From assembly GCA_024679065.1 (NCBI GenBank), contig JAGIQG010000029.1:34224001-34288000 (forward strand): a stretch of DNA of 64,000 bases. The letters run 5' to 3'. The notes beneath the pieces were generated by a model. The model was not told the origin of the DNA, searched no databases, and was given only the letters and a program-made list of their open reading frames with translations. The stretch comes from Sphyrna mokarran. Its lineage: Eukaryota. Positions 60,531 to 64,000 of the stretch are shown in pieces. A program made the position numbers and the translations under genes. Numbering within the stretch: position 1 is the stretch's first letter; each line of letters begins with the position of its first letter.

Positions 60531-60620
60531 GTAGAGGGAGCTTCACTCTGTATCTAACCCCGTGTTGTACCTGTCCTGGGAGTGTTTGATTGAGACAGTG
60601 TAGAGGGAGCTTTATTCTAT
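60531..60620 (-). repeat. Dispersed ~1.3-unit copy of the 69-bp minisatellite
   Basis: Reverse complement of the 53283 unit. Confidence 0.9.
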
Positions 60621-60837
60621 TTGGTAAGCCATGCAGCGAAGGGTAATGACACCCCACATATTTAGAAGCTTTCTGGGGAAGTGTTCACTCCCAGTGAGCA
60701 TTATCCAAACCTTGCTTCACCAATAGCAATTACATATTCCAATAACAAGGTGACCAATATGATGGAATCAGTTTCTCACCCTCATATCGCAGTCTGCTTC
60801 TTCTAGTTCCCCTGACTGAATCGAGGAAATGTGGGGT

Positions 60838-61320
60838 ATTGAGGAGGCCATTCAGCCCATTGTGTCTGGGAAAATTACCCAGCCTCATCCCACTTCCCAG
60901 CTATTGGTCCCTGCTGGTTATGGCATCCCGAATGCTTGAATATGAACACATGTATTAAACATAACGATAGTTCCCATCTTTACTACCCCTGTTCAGGTAT
61001 TTTGTTCCACACCCTCACCAACCTTTAGGTGAAAAATACTGCTCAACTCCCATCTAATCCTGCCAGTTACAGCAACATTATTGTCCTTGGTTATTGAAGG
61101 GAGGTGATCCAATCCAATTCATTTTGGCTTCTCAATTTTATACATCTCAATTAAAGAAACATCAGTTTAAATCTCTACTTTACCCTCTGTTGTGCAGACA
61201 CAAGTTTCCTGTAATGTGGTGACCAGAACTGCACACAATACTCCAGTTGTGGCCCTAACTCTGTTCTGTACAATCTCACACCTCTTATATTCTATGCCTT
61301 GGCCGTTAAAGGAAATATTC
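60838..61320 (-). mobile_element. Degraded CR1 fragment
   Basis: gaggccattcagcccat...; gaccagaactgcacacaatactccagttgtggcc is the reverse complement of RPQLEYCVQFWSP. Confidence 0.7.
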
Positions 61321-61804
61321 TGCACGTCTCTGTCTAAATTTTCACCTTTTTTGTCTTTTTTAAATAATTCATTCTCAGGCTATGAAAATTAATGAGCTGC
61401 TTCGTTGTATGGGACCTTGGCGTACAATGGTGATTTGCTCATCACTCCCTCCTGTCTTGTTCAATCTAACCCGATAAAAGGACATTTTATGTTCCCATGA
61501 AAGGCAGCTTCTCATTTGAATGCTTCATGAGTTTTTTGCTTGGAGCATGCCTTAGGGGTGGAAATTTGGTGCAGTCATTCTTGAATTTACACCTTTGCTC
61601 TGTCGTAATAAACTTCCCCAATCTGAGAACATTTTCTCTCCCCTCACCTATACGTGAATTTTCAACTCTCTTCTTCCTTAGGCATGTCCCCTTCACCAAG
61701 GATGCTCCTTCACCAAGAACATCTCTATTCACTTTCTATCTCCATCTCTCAATGAGTTGTATTGCTGCAATAACCTAGTGATTATGATATTGTATTAACA
61801 ACCC

Positions 61805-62103
61805 AGAGCGGTACAGTGGTTAGCGCTGCTGCTTCACAGCACTAGAGATCTGGGTTCAATTCTATCCTTGGGAAACTGTCTATGTGGAGTTTGCATATTC
61901 TCCCCATGTCTGTGTGGGTTTCCTCCTGGGTTAGATGTGTGGGTTAGATTGATTAGCCATGCTGCATTGCCCCTCAGTCTCAGGGGGATTTGTAGGCCAA
62001 AGATGTGGGGTTACACGGGTAGGGCCAGGGTAGTGGGATTGTTGTTGCCTCAGGCTTAGTGGGCTGAATGGTTTCCTTTTGCACTGAAGGGATTCTTTGA
62101 TTC
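61805..62103 (+). mobile_element. V-SINE with CR1-type tail
   Basis: Consensus match. Confidence 0.82.
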
Positions 62104-62744
62104 TGGTTTGAGAGTTCAAATCCCATTGTGGAAATTTGTAAATTGAATCAATCTGTTAATTTCCCAGTTAGTACAAGTAGACTCCATTTTACTAACTCGT
62201 ATATATTCATCAGATCATTTTCCCATACTTATTCCACTCACTCTGGTTCTCCATTGTAACCATTTGATCATTACTTGCTCTAATATTTCAGTACCTCTCA
62301 TCTCTATCTACTTCCTCTGTTCCTAAGCTGCAATCATTTGGATTCTATCCCGAGTTTGGTTCCTCCAAGCCTTGGCTGCTTTGCCAATCTCCCCCAATCC
62401 CCCAACAATCCCTTCTTTACCACCAGCAGCCCGATCTGCCCATCTGTTTCTCCTATCCCCATTCTTTCCTTAAGTAACACATAGACTGAAGATCGATTAA
62501 TTTGTTGTCCATCTTGGTTGTTTTGTGTTGTTTTGCTATCTGTAAAATGGTTGTTGCTCTTACCCATACACACATAAACATAAGAAATGGGCAGTGGGGA
62601 AGGCCATTCGGCGTTCAAGCCTGATTTTACACCTCAACTTCGCCTTCCTGCTTTATCCCCATGTCCCTTAATTCCCTTAGTGTCCAAACATCAATCAATT
62701 TCAACCTTGACTATTAATAATGGGGCATCTATCAGCTTTTTTTA

Positions 62745-63003
62745 AATTTAGTCACAAGTAAGGCTTACATCAACACTGCAATGAAGTTACTGTGAAATTC
62801 CCCTAGTTGCCATGGTCCAGCACCTGTTCATGTCAATGTACTCTAACTGGCACATCTTTCAGATCATGCGAGGAAATGGGAGTACCTAGAGCAAACCCAC
62901 GCAGACACAGGGAGAAGGTGCAAACTCCAGACAGTGACTAAGCCTGGAATCGAACCGGGGTCTCTGGCACTGTGAAGCAGCAGTACTAACCCACTGTGCC
63001 ATC
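62745..63003 (-). mobile_element. V-SINE type 2 inserted in a CR1 3' end (62573-63140, -)
   Basis: The CR1 sequence ggggcatcta| resumes |atccactttctggggcagagaattcc after the SINE. Confidence 0.8.
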
Positions 63004-63761
63004 CACTTTCTGGGGCAGAGAATTCCAAAGACCCCAAATTCCTCTTGAGTGAAGACATTTTACTTCATCTCAGTCCTAACTGAATGATTCTCAGGGACTG
63101 TGACTGCTGATTTTAGAGTCTGCAGGCACTGCCTTGCTCTGTTAGAATATTGCGTGTTGAGCAGTGAATTTGTCTGTAAAGTGTTATGATGTGAGAAGTC
63201 TGAGGGGGTGTCCTATAAACACAGGCTTTTCATTTCTTTGTTGTCTCTTGACTTTTGTAAAACTTTTCACTTTTTTCAGTACCGAGATTTCTGGATAAAT
63301 CCAACATTTTCATCTCTTTGACAATTGTTTTTTGAACAAGTAGATTATTAGTTCCATCCATTAACATCTCCGCGATGGTAAACGGACCTGATACTTTAAA
63401 ATTTTTGATTTTCCTTCCACTTAGCTTGCTTTGCTTGATTCTATTAAGCAGCTAATCTTTCTTTCAGTTCTGCTAAAGGAAAAAAATTGGAATGTGTTAA
63501 CCACGCTCTCTCTTTCCCTAGATGCCTGTATTCCCACCATTTTTCTATTTCAGGTTTTCAACACCAGTAATGTTGATTTTACTGCTGTACGGGACATTGG
63601 CTGATTTATCTTCTTGAAGGGTTTCTGTCTGAAATGCTCACCTATCCTCTTCAAAGGGTTAAATTCTGAGGAATTGATTGTGTGGACTTGTCTATATGGA
63701 AGATAGAGAGCTGATTGATCAGATCAAATGTTCCAGGTGTTTAAAATGTTCAGAGGATTTG

Positions 63762-64000
63762 ATGGCACGGTAGCACAGTGGTTAGCACTGCAGACTCACA
63801 GTGCCAGAGACTTGGGCTCGATTCTCGGCTTGGGACGCTGTCTGTCTGTGTGGAATTTGCACATTCTCCCCATGTCTGTTTGGGTTTCCTCTGAATTCTC
63901 TGGTTTTTTTCCACAGTCTGAAAGATGTGCTTGTTGACCCGAACAGGAACCAGACTGTGGCAAGTAGGGGAATTTCACAATAATTTCATAACTTACTTGT
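63762..64000 (+). mobile_element. V-SINE with type-2 tail, running to the window edge
   Basis: Consensus match. Confidence 0.82.

Larger units (their letters stand above)
681..64000 (+). other. UBASH3B: Intron 1 of UBASH3B, not closed within the window
   Basis: Consensus donor at 681. I found no exon encoding QKALASTGGRSVQAACDW-like sequence by eye, and the rest of the window is repeat-rich non-coding DNA. Confidence 0.7.

Overview
Eukaryotic genomic DNA from a cartilaginous fish. The SINE/LINE content points to a shark, probably a carcharhiniform. The window opens with the CpG-rich promoter and first coding exon of UBASH3B (STS-1/TULA-2; + strand, ATG 553, donor GTAAGT at 681). The remaining ~63 kb appears to be intron 1, and I could not find exon 2. 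The intron is dense in retroposons: about 25 V-SINE/HE1-type copies with two different 3' tails, a second tRNA-derived SINE family, DeuSINE-like copies, CR1-, L2- and Rex1/Babar-type LINE fragments, and short Penelope-like (PLE-like) pieces carrying degenerate hammerhead-like motifs. It also holds a decayed hAT transposase, a 69/70-bp minisatellite, and a CT microsatellite beside a 357-N gap. Almost all ORFs in the track are spurious or repeat-derived. I see no intact novel protein-coding system. The most unusual signals are structural: a 198-bp fold-back insertion with a 15-bp TSD, a TSD-flanked hammerhead-like mini-element, a ~180-bp inverted copy of flanking DNA inside a SINE, a phased dispersed minisatellite with dimeric order, a possible frameshifted N-terminal extension of UBASH3B, and a candidate poison exon. 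Repeat boundaries were read by eye and are approximate, and family names are by recognition rather than database search.
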